Notes: a model not told the origin generated them from the letters alone. A stretch of 64,000 nucleotides of DNA from Selaginella moellendorffii (GCF_000143415.4 NW_003314261.1:5831510-5895509), one strand, 5' to 3'; shown: positions 13,819-26,230, counted from the stretch's first letter. Numbers and translations: made by a program.

Positions 13819-15078
13819 TCACTGTGTACCTTTAGGAGCCGGGTAGAAATCGTTGTTTCGCTCTGGAGCCATTAGCAAGCAGTTACCTTCATCCTGAACG
13901 ATACGCTCTTGTGAGGAAACTGGCTCAGCAGTCTGCAGCAGCTCCAGACACAGCTTGAGCTTACTGTGGTCCGCTGGTGCTCCACCTTCCGACGCTAAAG
14001 TCAGTGCTTGGAACACATGACTTTGCACCATGTCCAGAGCGGTGGTTCCTGCTGGAGAACGTACGTGTGGGCTCGCATGGTGGTCGAGCAAAACCGCTAT
14101 CATCTCTGGATCAGCGAGTTCTCCAGCAATGTGTAGAGGTGTCCTTCCTTCGACATCGACAGCGTTGACATCGGCGGCTCCGAGCTGTAGCAGGATGCTC
14201 ACAACTTTTCGGCTGCAGTGCGCGACAGCATAGTGAAGAGCGAACGTTTTGTCGAGGCTGAGGCCTTCCTCCATGACCAGAAGCTTCACCAGCTCAACAT
14301 CCGACGAATCCAGTGCCTTTTGCATCCTCCGTGTCCGTTGCTCGTCCAGCGAGTCGCTGCAATCGGCTCTGGAGGCATTGTAGTAGCCACATTTATGTCG
14401 GATGGCTTCTATCTCGGCAGCTATCTCCACCGGTACATGTTTCTCTAGCGCTTCCGTTGACAGGCCAGACTTGGCTATAAGCTTGGAACACACTGACCAC
14501 AGTTGGAGCAGGTCCTGCTTGCGAGCTGTGACAAGGATTCTCATGGCGTCCTCGATCGATGCCTTCTCAGCCATCGCAGCCAGCTCCTTCTGTTGTAAAG
14601 GTAAAGAAGTTGGATTACTTAAATCATTGGCTTCTCTCTCTCTCTCTTTCTTACAGACCTGTACCAAGACGGAGAGCTCGTCAATGCCAAACATTTGAGC
14701 GGCATGAAGGGCTTCCAGCGCGAAGTCGACCGCGGCTCTACATTGTGAATGCCAACAAGAGCTTTCCTTGCACCCTCTGTCAGGCTGAGAATTCGAAGGT
14801 AGCAAACATAGCTGACCACTGTAGAGAAATCGCAACGTGAGCATGAAGGCGTCGTGGCCGACTGCCGAGACCGGCATAACCAGGGGGGCTTGCGTTGGTC
14901 CATTGCTAGTCAGCACCATCCGGAAGAATCGACTCCGAGCAGCCAGGACACACTTGTGAGCATAGACGTGCCTCCCGTCGATTGCAAATGCAACGTCACT
15001 GAAGGCCTGGCCATTATCTAGGAGGTTCGAGAAGTCCTCTGCCAGTTGCTTCAAAGGCTCCGAATCCTCGAGACTCAT
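13819..15078 (-). CDS. BOP: BLADE-ON-PETIOLE / NPR5-6-like BTB-POZ ankyrin protein, one 69-nt intron (14590-14658)
   Basis: NLLDNGQAFSDVAF..GRHVYAHKCVLAARS, FLYSGQ, CWHSQCRAAVDFALE, EKASIEDAM, RRMQKALDSSDVELVKLLVMEEGLSLD, ALHYAVAHCSRKVV and KLKLCLELLQTA are BOP hallmarks. The in-frame GT-AG intron sits at the conserved Q/KEL position. Confidence 0.93.
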   Translation of the reverse strand: MSLEDSEPLKQLAEDFSNLLDNGQAFSDVAFAIDGRHVYAHKCVLAARSRFFRMVLTSNGPTQAPLVMPVSAVGHDAFMLTLRFLYSGQLCLLPSNSQPDRGCKESSCWHSQCRAAVDFALEALHAAQMFGIDELSVLVQVCKKEREREANDLSNPTSLPLQQKELAAMAEKASIEDAMRILVTARKQDLLQLWSVCSKLIAKSGLSTEALEKHVPVEIAAEIEAIRHKCGYYNASRADCSDSLDEQRTRRMQKALDSSDVELVKLLVMEEGLSLDKTFALHYAVAHCSRKVVSILLQLGAADVNAVDVEGRTPLHIAGELADPEMIAVLLDHHASPHVRSPAGTTALDMVQSHVFQALTLASEGGAPADHSKLKLCLELLQTAEPVSSQERIVQDEGNCLLMAPERNNDFYPAPKGTQ

Positions 15079-17177
15079 TCCGGGAAACCTTTCTCAGAAC
15101 AAACTAGCAGCGGAGCCGGGACTGCGAAATACCGTGTGAAGATCCTGAAGCAAAGCTGTGCAAGGATTCATCTCATGAAGAACTCTATGGTCTTAGATGG
15201 CAAGAGATGGGGCGGGAAAAGTCTAAGACGATTTTAAGAACTCAGCACTCAACTGGTCGTGATCAGCGAGATCAAAAAGGTGAGAGGCTTCATACCTTTG
15301 AATTCTTTCTTCTGATTACACATCTGCTGATTCGATCGCTACAGGGATGTTTTGTGGCCGCGAAAAGGCAACAAGAACGCTGTTTGTCCATTCATGGTGC
15401 TGTTCTTTCATTCTCTCCATTTCACACTTTTTTCTGTGCCTAGGAGTTGACTCCAGAGCTCTCTTTTTCTTTCTAGGAAGGCCGCTACCGCTCCTTACAT
15501 TTTTTTTAGTATGGGGAATTGATGACTCGGTCTTTTCCTTATGCTAGGAAATGGACGGGTAAACGCTACTCCAGTTTTTTTCTTCGCGTTTGGTTTGTCT
15601 CGGTTGGATGATTGGCTTGGTCTTATTAACTTTCATATTTGCAGCTACCCGCCATTGGAAAGGGAAGAACCGGTCAAGGGGGCCCGATGATTGGGACTCT
15701 AGAGGTACACATCCAGTGCACACTTTTGTCTAGCACTTTGCTTTCACAGGTATGACTGGTTCATCAAGAAAAAGAATTTTTAAAGTTGGAAAAGATAACA
15801 AAAGGATGCGGTACGGAGACTTACGTTATCTCAGGTGGGGGTGTTAAAAGCCAGAAAATTAACTTCCAAGCCAGCGAACCAGCCAGCGAGCGGAAGCTTT
15901 GGGTGCTGCGACCTTTTACGAGCAGCACAAACGAGGTCAAAAGCTCCGCTCACCGTGACGAGACTTATTAGGTAAGCGTCCGTTTCTTTTCTAAGAGGAG
16001 ATTTTCTCTTGATTACAGCTTCTCTTTGGCAGACAACGGGATATAAAAAAGATGTTTGCTTGCATCGACAAAAAGGGGCACTAGCATTACGTTGTAGGAT
16101 CATCCTGGATCTATGCGAGACAGTTGAGCTGTTCCGGGGCTTGTTTCACGAGGCAGCATTGGGACGGTGAAAAATGCCTCTCCTAGTTTTTATTATGGGC
16201 ACTGACATTCTCTTTCATTTGGCTCTCAGAGGCGGTACACATATTCGGAACTCCAGCCTCGAAAAGCTTTCTGGTAATCTGTGCCTGTCCCCTCTCTGTT
16301 TTTCTACCTAGTGATTCTCTTGTTTCTTTGCTAATGTGATGTTTACACTATACAGATATCCGACTTTTAAAGGGGGACCATCTCGCCCTGCACGTACAGT
16401 GTGTCGACATTCTGGAATGACATGGCGACACTCCCACCAAAGCTTTCGAGCGAGTTGCCGGACGCGAGTTTAGCAGCGGGAGGCGAGCATGTTGTCATCT
16501 GCCAGTGGTATGGAGACATCTCTTTTTCTTTTGCCGATTTGCAGTGGCCTCTCCGTGTATAAAAATCCGTCCCTGTGCTTGTTTTTGCAGCAGCCAAGGA
16601 TTGCAGGTTTCGGTGGTGCTGGTTCCAATTCAGGTCGCGGCTGCGTTCCCTGTTGCTGGGCTCTGAATTGAAATCAGCGCCCTTGAAACTTTGCGATCCA
16701 CACAGGGGGATATCGGTTCTATTTTCTCTCGACGTCTTTGGTGAGGTCTTTGTTTCCTCATGGTGTGGGAGACTAATAAGCTTTTGGCTCCTTTGGCAGC
16801 ACTGGAACAAATACGTTACAACGCGTGAGGCAAGATGTTCGTCGTGGATCAATCAGGTACTAGGTTTTTTTATTTGGCGCTCAAAGCGTTAACTATAGTG
16901 GCAAAAAGTACTTCTTTTACAAGCAGTGTTAGCTGGCCTGAAATCTTCGTTCCTAATAGTTGCATGGCTTCACAAACTTGTCCTTGGTTGTCCACTTGAA
17001 GACATGATACCAATTTAAGCTAAAACATAAACTAAGATTAAGTTTGACTGTTCTCACCTTCATTGACAATGAAGTGAAAGAAAGAGATTGATCGCAACAG
17101 AAACACCACCATGCTCCCCTTTGTGCGAATTGGCATGGTATTTTTTTAATGTAAACAAAGAAGAAAAGCCTGGAACA

Positions 17178-18051
17178 TTAAATCTTGGTGGCGATGTCGA
17201 ACGCACACACTGGGCGGGGCCAACTCGAGCTGGGGTGTGTATGGCAGCATATTGGCCTTGAGCTCCCTTATCATGTCCAGTTCTACGTTAAGCGCTGTCG
17301 CAGTGGACCTGTTGGGAATCATCAACAGAGCACCACCACTTGTCTGTAGAAACAGACACACAAAAACTATTATGAAAAAAGAATAACGTAAATAACTTCA
17401 GAAAAAAAGTAAGAAGGAAGCTGGCGATGTTGTTTTGTTTACCAGAGTTCCTGGGTTTTGGCTGTTCAGAGCCGAGATGTAAATCGCAGGCTTGGTCCCA
17501 ACGTTGAGCTGAAAGTGCATCGTTCGTCACAGGAAAACCATGAGATCGCCTGGGTACAAAAGGTTAATGCGTGATACTTCTGGAAAATCACATCGTATTC
17601 AAAGATCTTTACGAGATCAAGATCGAGAGATCGGTCTTATTTCCTACCGCGTGTATCAACGAAGCCAACTTGAAGCTCGAAGCCAACGACCACCGGAGAC
17701 CATGGTCGAGTGCTCCGAACCTCGAGGATGCGTGTGTGGGACATTGACTCCACAAGGAACCACATGAAACTGGACATAAGTTAATCCTTGAGACCTTCGT
17801 AGAAACAAACGAAAGAACAAGCCATGAGTTTTGAGAACTGAGAAAAGAATACGTGATTCCTAAGATTGTCGTGTTGATTGCAGCCACGAACACCACCGGG
17901 TCTATTGCGAACATCCCTCTTAACATCTCGTAGCACGAAATCGCAAAGAGCTCCCTACCCCGCGAAATCTCGCAGTGGATCGGGATTGGCCGCGACTAAC
18001 ACATTCAAGCACCCAAGATCACCACTGCCAACAAAGCTTCTTGAAATCCAA
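17178..18051 (-). pseudogene. Germin-like paralog B, copy 1
   Basis: Four-exon GLP layout retained (VPHTHPR, TSGGALLMIP), but the start codon reads TTG and there are frameshifts in the signal peptide and exons. Confidence 0.8.
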
Positions 18052-18110
18052 CGGTAAAGAAAAAAAGTATCCAAATGCGATCAATGTCTCGTTGTGCTTG
18101 AGAAACAATA

Positions 18111-18146
<36 letters not shown>

Positions 18147-18630
18147 TAAAAAGGAAAAGTAAGAACGAAATGAGGGAAGAGGGCATCGAGCTTGCATGCA
18201 TGCATTCAAGAGAACGTGTGTTTTTGGAAAAAAATCTAATTCAAATTCCTTACAGCCTTCGAGTAACATATCTCGACTTTTCTCGTAGAAAAGGTTTTTA
18301 ACCATTTGAAAAAGTCAGTTGGGGCATTGCAGGAATCCCAACGGACCACTAGCCATTACATTTGCTCCATTAAGTCAAGCTTCGGTGACACAGCGATCAA
18401 GTCGCTCACTACTCTCATCCTCTACCTAGTGGTTTTTGCAATAGAAACCACTTGATCAACCACTACCCAAGCAATTCGCTGCAATGAAATCAGTAGGTAC
18501 GAGACTTGGACGCGACCATTCTCTTGCTTCGAAACAAAGTCAGCCTTTAAATATAAGTGTTCCCATCAAAAAGCCAAACAAGTCAAGGATGGATCACTTT
18601 AGTTACAGTGGTCAATGTAAACAAAGGACC

Positions 18631-19304
18631 TTAAATCTTGGTGGTGATGTCTCGGCCGGGAACGCACACGGCGGGTGGGGCCAACTCGAGCCGGGGCGTA
18701 TATGGCAGCATATTGGCCTTGAGCTTCCGGATCACGTCCAGCCCTACGTTGAGCGCATTTGCAGCGGACCTGTCCGGGATCATCAAGAGAGCACCACCAC
18801 TTGTCTACACACACATCAGAAAAACGTTAAGAGAAAAGCCGAGATAAGTTTTTTGTTTACCAGAGTTCCTGGGTTTTGGCTGTTGAGAGCCGAGATGTAA
18901 AACGCAGGCTTGGTCCCGACGTTGATCTCAAAGTGCATCGTTCCCCCGTGGGAATATCGTGATATCGCCCGGGTTCAAGAGGTTGATGCGTGGTACTCCT
19001 GGAAAATCACCCCATATGTTCTTTATAAGATCGAGAGAGAGAATCTTATTTTCCTACCAGCTGTATCCACGAATCCAACTTGAAGTGGCCCGCCAGAGAT
19101 CATGGTGAGGAGCTCGGAAGCTCGAGGGTGCGTGTGTGGGAGATTGACTCCACAGGGAACCATGTTAAAGTGTACATAAGTTATCCCTTGAGACCTGCAA
19201 AGAAAACCAAGGAAAACCTCGATTGGGATCTCCAGAGGCAAAGAGTTAAGAAAAGCACGTGCGCCCAGGATCATTACCACCAGCATCAACTTCTTGGACT
19301 CCAT
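18631..19304 (-). pseudogene. Germin-like A, copy 1 (172-nt exon 1 deletion, +1 frameshift in exon 3)
   Basis: The junction gcacgtg/cgcccagg lacks the DPDPLRDF segment; ttcccccgtg here versus ttccccgcg in intact copies. Confidence 0.85.
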
Positions 19305-19954
19305 CGCTCGAGATCTCAAAAGAAGATTGTTCTTCAGAAACTTCGATTCAGGAAGAGGGGCGAACGATGATAAGTCTAAGAGTGTGGGGTTTATATACTG
19401 TGGCAAGTCTCAAAGTCAGAGATTAAAAACTCTTCAAGCTACCGGTTACGTTTCTAAATCTTTTCTTTACGAAAAAAAATAAGGTAAAACTATTTTGACC
19501 TGACCAGTTCCAAATCCGCCATTTACGAATGCATACATACTCACAAGTTCTTGCAAACCAATCCTTTGATTGTTTTAGATGGAAACTTCCACAAGAAAAA
19601 ACATGTCGTAGAGTTTTTGGTACATACAAGGGGACCTCACACTTGTGAGATACGGGAAATATTTTCTCCTTATTTTTGTTCGCTCGATGTGCTGTGTCTT
19701 TCATAATCTATAACAAGTGGAAGAAGTATTGCGAAAGCAAACAGAGAAAAAGAAAGCTACGCAAGAATCGGGCTGAACTCCTCCACGCAAACCTGGAGAG
19801 AAACTTTAGCTTTACCTTTTCCCCAGGATACACTGTCTTGGATGACGCACTTCTCTTGAGTTCTAGAACAATCAGATTTTTCTCACGACAAGGAGACGTT
19901 GCTGAATCAGTGAAAATTAGACCACAGATCAATCTCAGCTTAGCAGCTTCTCCA

Positions 19955-21039
19955 TGTTAGAGGTAGAGATGATGTGGCATGTAGTTATGCCCACGTGGCA
20001 GTAGTTCCATGTATATGTATCATCTATATACAATTGAATACAGAGAGAGAAAGTTCTTCCTCCTTGTGTGTGTCTCTCCGCTGCTAACATGGTATTGGAG
20101 CAATTGGCTCCGGCATGGCACTTGCTGGCTAGGAGGCCAGTGACGAGGAGGAAGATGAGCCTCCTGATTGCAATCACTCTTTTTGCAATGCTTGAAGCTT
20201 TTGTTAGATGCGCTAGATGCTTGAGGCATTGCATCAAGGCACCAGGCCGTGCAGAGGCGCTGAGCAGCAAGCAATAGCAAGCGGAGCATAAAGCCAGTGG
20301 GAGCTTGAGAGATTTCAGCAACCCACATCAAAAATTGGATCAAACAAGATTCAAGAACATTGCATAACAATTCTTTGCAGGAATTTCCAGCAATTGGGAA
20401 GGATGCTTATGGAGATTCAAGTGCCTGGTAGCAGTAGAAGTGAGAGCGTGGCAGTTCATAGCCAAGACCACATGCTAGTGGCAAGATTGAAGCCATAGCA
20501 AGGAGTAAAGAGTGTGCAAGCAAGTTCAAGACCAAGCAGGGTTTTATTCAAAGCTACTTTTTGGCATTTTGAATAATTATGACCGTTTAATTAAGCATAA
20601 CTTTTGAACCTTTAACCCTGCCGGAGAAAAGATTCAATGGTGATTCGATGCATATTCAAGTTGTCAGGGTTATTACTAACATTGATATTGTTGATTTTAG
20701 GCTACTTAAAGAAATTGTTAGCTCGGCCACTAACAGCAATTGATTTTTCAAATGGCACTAATTTGTATTATAGCTTAACATTTTCTCTGCCAAAAAACCA
20801 TTTCAAATGGCTTTTTGACGGCCGAAATAAAACACTGAGACCAAGAACCAAGTTTTGGGTAGTTGATGAGTTTTTCATATATTTTCTTATCAACTCTCCA
20901 TGCTCATCATCTCAGACTAACTAGACAGGATTCAGGCTTAGATTCAGACTTGGATGGGAGTGTTAAAGGTAGAGATGATGTGGCATGTGGTTCCATGTAT
21001 ATGTACTATCCATATACAGTTGAATACAGAGTGTTAACA
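19955..21039 (+). mobile_element. Non-autonomous LTR element / TRIM (family 1)
   Basis: LTRs 19955-20089 and 20961-21039 (TGTTA...TAACA), PBS TGGTATTGGAGC at 20090, purine tract GGATGGGAG, 5-bp TSD CTCCA. The empty site cagcttctccagcgatg is present in units 2-5. Confidence 0.9.
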
Positions 21040-21638
21040 CTCCAGCGATGGATCTTTCTTACAAAATCCAATGACAGATCACCCGGAGAAACTCCACTAC
21101 GTCGGACTTTGGAGAGCACATCCGCCACATCCAAAGAAGTGCCATGATTCTTAAAGTGCCCTTCCCTTTCGAATATTCTTGTAACGCGGAGGGTTTTGTG
21201 AGTTTTGCAATGGTTTTAGCTCATACCAGTGAATTTCTTGGAGATTTGTGCTGTCGGGTGGATAGAGGAGCTTGATCAGGTCACACAACAGAATGGTTTT
21301 GAAACGAACAAGAGAGCGAACCCTAGGCCAACCTCCCAACCCTTAAGGCGTTATGGCCTTAAATCCCACATGCCATAGAATATTCTTGGAATATTCCTGT
21401 GGTTCGTGTCATTTTCCCCTCCCTCATGACCCAGCCACATATGGTAGCCTTGAGAAGCTAAACGAGCCTAAATGAAGGGAGTCCAATGCAATACGGCCAT
21501 GGAGAAAAGATGTGCAAACGGCAACACCAACGTCGCGACAAACAGCCATGAAAGAAAGAAAGCAATACGGCTTTCTCACATGACAATACGGTCATGGAAA
21601 AAAACGGCTCAAATCATATAGCAATACGGCTATAGAAC

Positions 21639-23263
21639 TCAATTCTCCCCTTCCTCAGGAATGTCATCCAAGTCATAACCAAAACTCAGAAACACTCTCT
21701 TCATGTCATCCTCAATTTCCCATGTAGCTTCGTCCATGGAATAACCATTCCACTGAACTAACAACTCCCTAGTTGTTTTCCGGCGTGTTTTCACCAATCT
21801 TTGAGCAAGAATATTGGCCGGACCAGCCTTCTCTGCATCAATCTCTGGAACCTGGATGATGGACTGATCCACAATATCACCAGAGTGCAAATACACTTTA
21901 AGCTTGCTCACATGGAACGTTGGATGAATCTTCGAACTAACTGGCAAATCCAAAGTGTATGCAAGATCCCCCACACGCTGTAAAATTGTCCAAGGCCCAC
22001 AATACCGTGGGGACAACTTAGCACTACCACTTCCTTTTAGAGATTGTTGTGCATCCGACAGCTTAAGGAAAACTTTGTCACCAACTTTGTACTCTTGATG
22101 ACGACGATGCTCATCAGCCAATTTTTTGTCTCGTTCTTGAGCTTGCCTCATGTTCAATTTTGCCAACTCAAGCTTGTCTTGCATATCCTCCAGGAAATCA
22201 CAAGCATGAAGAACCCGAACCAAAGCCAAATTCAAACTCACAGGAGACCTAGGCTCATAGCCATACATCACCATAAAAGGAGACATGCCAATAGCCGATT
22301 GATGAGCGCTATTGTGAGCAAATTGAAGCAAAGGCAAGTATTTTTCCCATACTCCTTGTCGAGTCAAGTTTCCCACAAAAGACCGTAGCATATCTTCTAA
22401 TAGCTGATTCATGCGCTCTGTCTACCCATCAGATTGTGGATGCTCACCACTACTCATGCTCAGTTTAGTCTCTAGTTTTTCAAAGACCGTTTGCCAAAAC
22501 TTGGACGTGAACTTAGGATCCCGATCACTCACAATGTCACCCGGCAAACCATAGAGACTGAATAACCGGTCTACAAACAACTGAGCAAGTTCAGAAGCTT
22601 TTATCGTTGTCTTCACAGGGAAGAAGTGAGCCATCTTCGTCAAACGATCCACAACAACCCAAATAGCATCATTTCCTCGAAAGGTTTTGGGCAAACCAGT
22701 GATAAAGTCCATCGAGATGCTATCCCACTTATTCTCGGGTACACGTAAAGGATGATAGAGGCCAGCGAGCTTCTGATGATCAACTTTGACCGCCTGGCAG
22801 GTCAAGCAACCACATACGTACTTCTCAACATTTGACTTCATCCCAGGCCAAAAGAAATGCCTCTTCACCAACATATACGTTCTCAATACCCCCGGATGCC
22901 CAGCACTTGGCACATCATGACACTCAACCAAAATCCGTTTGATGAGTTTGTCAACACGAGGAACCACTACACGTCCCTTCTTCACCAGGATTCCATCTTG
23001 TATTTCGAATGACGCAAACTTGTCACCCTTTAAATCTGTAGAGGCGTCCCTCAACAAAACCTTCGCGCGAATATCAGTGATAAAGGAGTCGAAGTCAACA
23101 AACTCCTTAAGCTCATCCAAGAGATCACTGGATAACTTCACGAATGAGATAGAATTTACCATCCTGGATAACGCATCAGCCACCTTATTGTCACCTCCAT
23201 GCTTGTACCGGATCTTAACAGACATTTCCTGCAGGAACTCTTGCCAACGAGCAAGGCGGCCTC
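21639..23263 (-). pseudogene. Gypsy integrase + chromodomain with one premature stop
   Basis: HHCC (ECHD..GHPG..CLTC), SMDFITGLP, IVSDRDPKFTS, HPQSDG*TER, PRYCGPW, IHPTFHVS and chromodomain LVQWNGY..EATWE. Confidence 0.9.
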
Positions 23264-24150
23264 TGTAGTGCACCTTATCTCTCTCCCCTTAAGCCAACTG
23301 GAAAAGGGGCAATTGCTTGATGAGAGAGCCCTTAGTGGCTATTTTATCCCCATTTATCCCCCAAGGTTCCAAGGATCCACGGTGACAGTATATCCAAATC
23401 TCATCCCATGTATATCCAAATCTCATCCCATGATCGCATGCGCTACACTCACCCCCCCTTCAGAGATGTCAATGTCCTCATTGACTATTGACTAACAACC
23501 CCTACTGAGCCCTCATTGACTATTGACTAACAACCCCTACTGAGCCAAGGGAAACTAGCACCTCCATTTCCACACTCAATCTACCAATCCTTCCATTGTG
23601 TAGACCAGCTATTCCATGTGAGCCAACTAGTCATCCACCCGTACCGCAGTCCCACGGTGGATACCTTCGTCCGTGGATACTCCACACAAGAGGAAGGACA
23701 TATGCACCTCCATTTCCACACTCAATCTACCAATCCTTCCATTGTGTAGACCAGCTATTCCATGTGAGGCAACTAGTCATCCACCCGTACCGCAGTCCCA
23801 CGGTGGATACCTTCGTCCGTGGATACTCCACACAAGAGGAAGGACATATGCATGGATGCCCAATACGTACGATTTCAAATTTAGGGGTAGGAATATACCT
23901 TGCTCAAGGGTATATTATATTTTTAAGTAGCCACTAATCAATGGGAATCGAACCCGTGCCATTTGCTCCAATACCAACTGTAGCGCACCTTATCTCTCTC
24001 CCCTTAAGCCAACTGGAAAAGGGGCAATTGCTTGATGAGAGAGCCCTTAGTGACTATTTTATCCCCATTTATCCCCATTTATCCCCCAAGGTTCCAAGGA
24101 TCCACGGTGACAGTATATCCAAATCTCATCCCATGATCGCATGCGCTACA
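23264..24150 (-). mobile_element. TRIM (family 2) nested in the chromovirus RNase H region
   Basis: LTRs 23264-23447 and 23979-24150 (TGTAG...CTACA), TSD GCCTC, PBS TGGTATTGGAGC, PPT AAGGGGGGGTGAG. No coding capacity; internal tandem duplications. Confidence 0.92.
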
Positions 24151-24366
24151 GCCTCGAAGATCCACATCTGGAGAGACTGATGATTTGAAACTACATGGAA
24201 GTCCGATCCATATAGATAATGTTGCCATTCTTGAGTAGGTCAATTTTGCTGTGTGACATGAAACTTGTGGCTCATAAAGGCAAGAGAATGCCTAACTTGA
24301 AGCAATACGGCCCCAAAAGCACTATCACTCACATCATTGCTTATAATTTCCACCACAGTCACCTTA

Positions 24367-25340
24367 TCATTCATTGACCCCTTCAGAACAATCCTTGCTC
24401 TGATGTCCAGCTCTATGGCAACGAAAACAATTGCCCTCCGCCTTGTCTTTCTGTCGCTGGTCCAAACAAAGTTTCTTAGCTTCACTGCCATCTTCATGCT
24501 TCGAGCCACAACGGAATAATGACCATTTCTTCCCCGAATATGAAGAATTAGCAAGCTGGTCATCACGTTGACTACTCCGTGGACTATTTCGTTGACCAGA
24601 GTTGACCAAGTTGACTGACGGTTCGGGTGAAAAGATCTGAGCCTTAGTGATAGCATCAGTCAATGTTGCTAGAAAATTCTTCTTGACCTTTTGCTACACA
24701 TCCACCGAGCTCAATCCTTTGATGAAACATTGCACCTTTAGCAGCTCATTGTAGGTGCCCGTGAGACTAAGGCAAAGATCACGGAACTTGCGGGCATATG
24801 CATCCAAATCCAAAGTCCCCTGCTGGATCTCTAACAACTGATTCACGAGATCAACCTCTTCAAACTTCTTGACAAACAAAGCGCGGAAAACCTTTGTCAA
24901 ATCAGTCCAAGAAGTCGGCATCGGATTAACTTTGATGTAATTCTTTCACCATGAAGAAGCATGGCCCGTAAGCTTCGTCACAAAGAAATCTATCTTCACC
25001 TTATCCTCACAAGGATTATGAGACCAACAACTTTCCCACAATTCCAACCAAGAATCAACCTCTTGACTATCACAAACATTCGGTGATGATTTCCATTCCA
25101 CGATACCATAATCCTTGGCATGCTTGACGTACCAATGGTAATCATGGACATGAGATTGATTCAACCCAATCCTTGATGAGATTGACAGAATCCTTAACCT
25201 CCTTTATGTCGCTCTGAACTGCAGAAATCTGGCGTCCTTGCCGCAGAACGACATCATCAAGAGTCTCTTCTGTATCGTCATGGCTATCCTCACTAACGCC
25301 ATACTCCTCATCAGGATCAATATCTTGCTCACCCACCATC
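24367..25340 (-). pseudogene. Gypsy gag with CCHC zinc knuckle, disrupted
   Basis: VDSWLELWE, LTGHASSW, IQQGTLDLDAYARKF, FIKGL and CFRCHRAGHQSKDC, split by stops and frameshifts. Confidence 0.85.
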
Positions 25341-26230
25341 CCTAAAAGAACGTGCTGCTCCGATACCAATGAAACGAACAAGAGAGCGAACCCTAGGCCA
25401 ACCTCCCAACCCTTAAGGCATTACAGCACAGGCCATGGAATATTCTTAGAATATTCCCGTGGTTCATGTCAGGTTTCTATCGAGAAAATCTAGAAGCAGC
25501 TTTCGACTTGGTACTCTGAAAGTCGATACAAGCATTCTCTGTTTCCTTTACTTTCTTTAAATCCAGGTGATCACTTTGCAAAGTGTGTCAAGTTCCAGCT
25601 AGTTTTGGAGCCTACAAGAGGAAACGAGCAAGAAAACTGTTGCATAGGGTTTGCATGAAAAGGATCGTTGGAGAATTTGATTTTCTCTTTCCAGCCATCT
25701 ATGGTCGTAGAACACCAGGAAGTCTCCGTGAAGGTTTTGCTCTAAAGTGGAAGCAGCTCAGGTAATATATAGTAAGATCAAATAATTCTCGAAAATATTG
25801 TTGGTGGTGATTGTGGATCATCATCACCACCATTAATGATGGCGAAGAATGGCGGACCATGGGGGAGTGATGTAAGTTCAGTCCCATGCTCCTCAGTCGG
25901 ACACACATGATTATGACAGTGAAAAAGTGGTTCATTTATACGCTTCTTACATGGATTTTTTTTTCTTCTTTTTGCCTTCGTACAATTACAGATTGCAAGC
26001 TGGCCTAAAACTTCCACTAATGATTTCATGTATCTAATCTCAAAATATGGTGTCAAAGTTGGTGTAACCAACAAGGTTGATGGCATTCAGACTATTACAT
26101 CGTGGAGGCAGCTAATACCCATTCAATCAAGGGAAAATCTATGGTTGGGAAATTTTTAATGCGAATGGAAGTCAGAGTGCAAAGAATGCCAATAGCAACA
26201 GCTAAAGCCCCGTATAGAATGGATGAAGAA

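Larger units (their letters stand above)
21300..25471 (-). mobile_element. Ty3/Gypsy chromovirus, internally deleted (no protease/RT)
   Basis: LTRs 21300-21411 and 25370-25471, TSD GGTTT, PBS TGGTATCGGAGC, PPT GAGGGAGGGGAAAA. Contains gag, an RNase H fragment and integrase + chromodomain. The empty site gaatggtttctatcg (or a close variant) is present in the other units. Confidence 0.93.

Noticed and set aside
14590-14658. 23-aa insertion VCKKERERE... in BOP
   Set aside because: It is a stop-free 69-nt GT-AG intron at the conserved position, containing a (GA)n tract.
15640-15680. attggaaagggaag resembling miR159/319
   Set aside because: The match is too short and no convincing complementary arm was found.
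23476-23850. Repeats as a possible CRISPR-like array
   Set aside because: Two-copy tandem duplications without spacers, in a plant genome.
23596-24180. ORFs inside TRIM-2, and a possible Cassandra (5S rRNA) identity
   Set aside because: The ORFs arise from tandem duplications and lack retroelement motifs. No 5S A/C-box similarity was visible in the LTRs.
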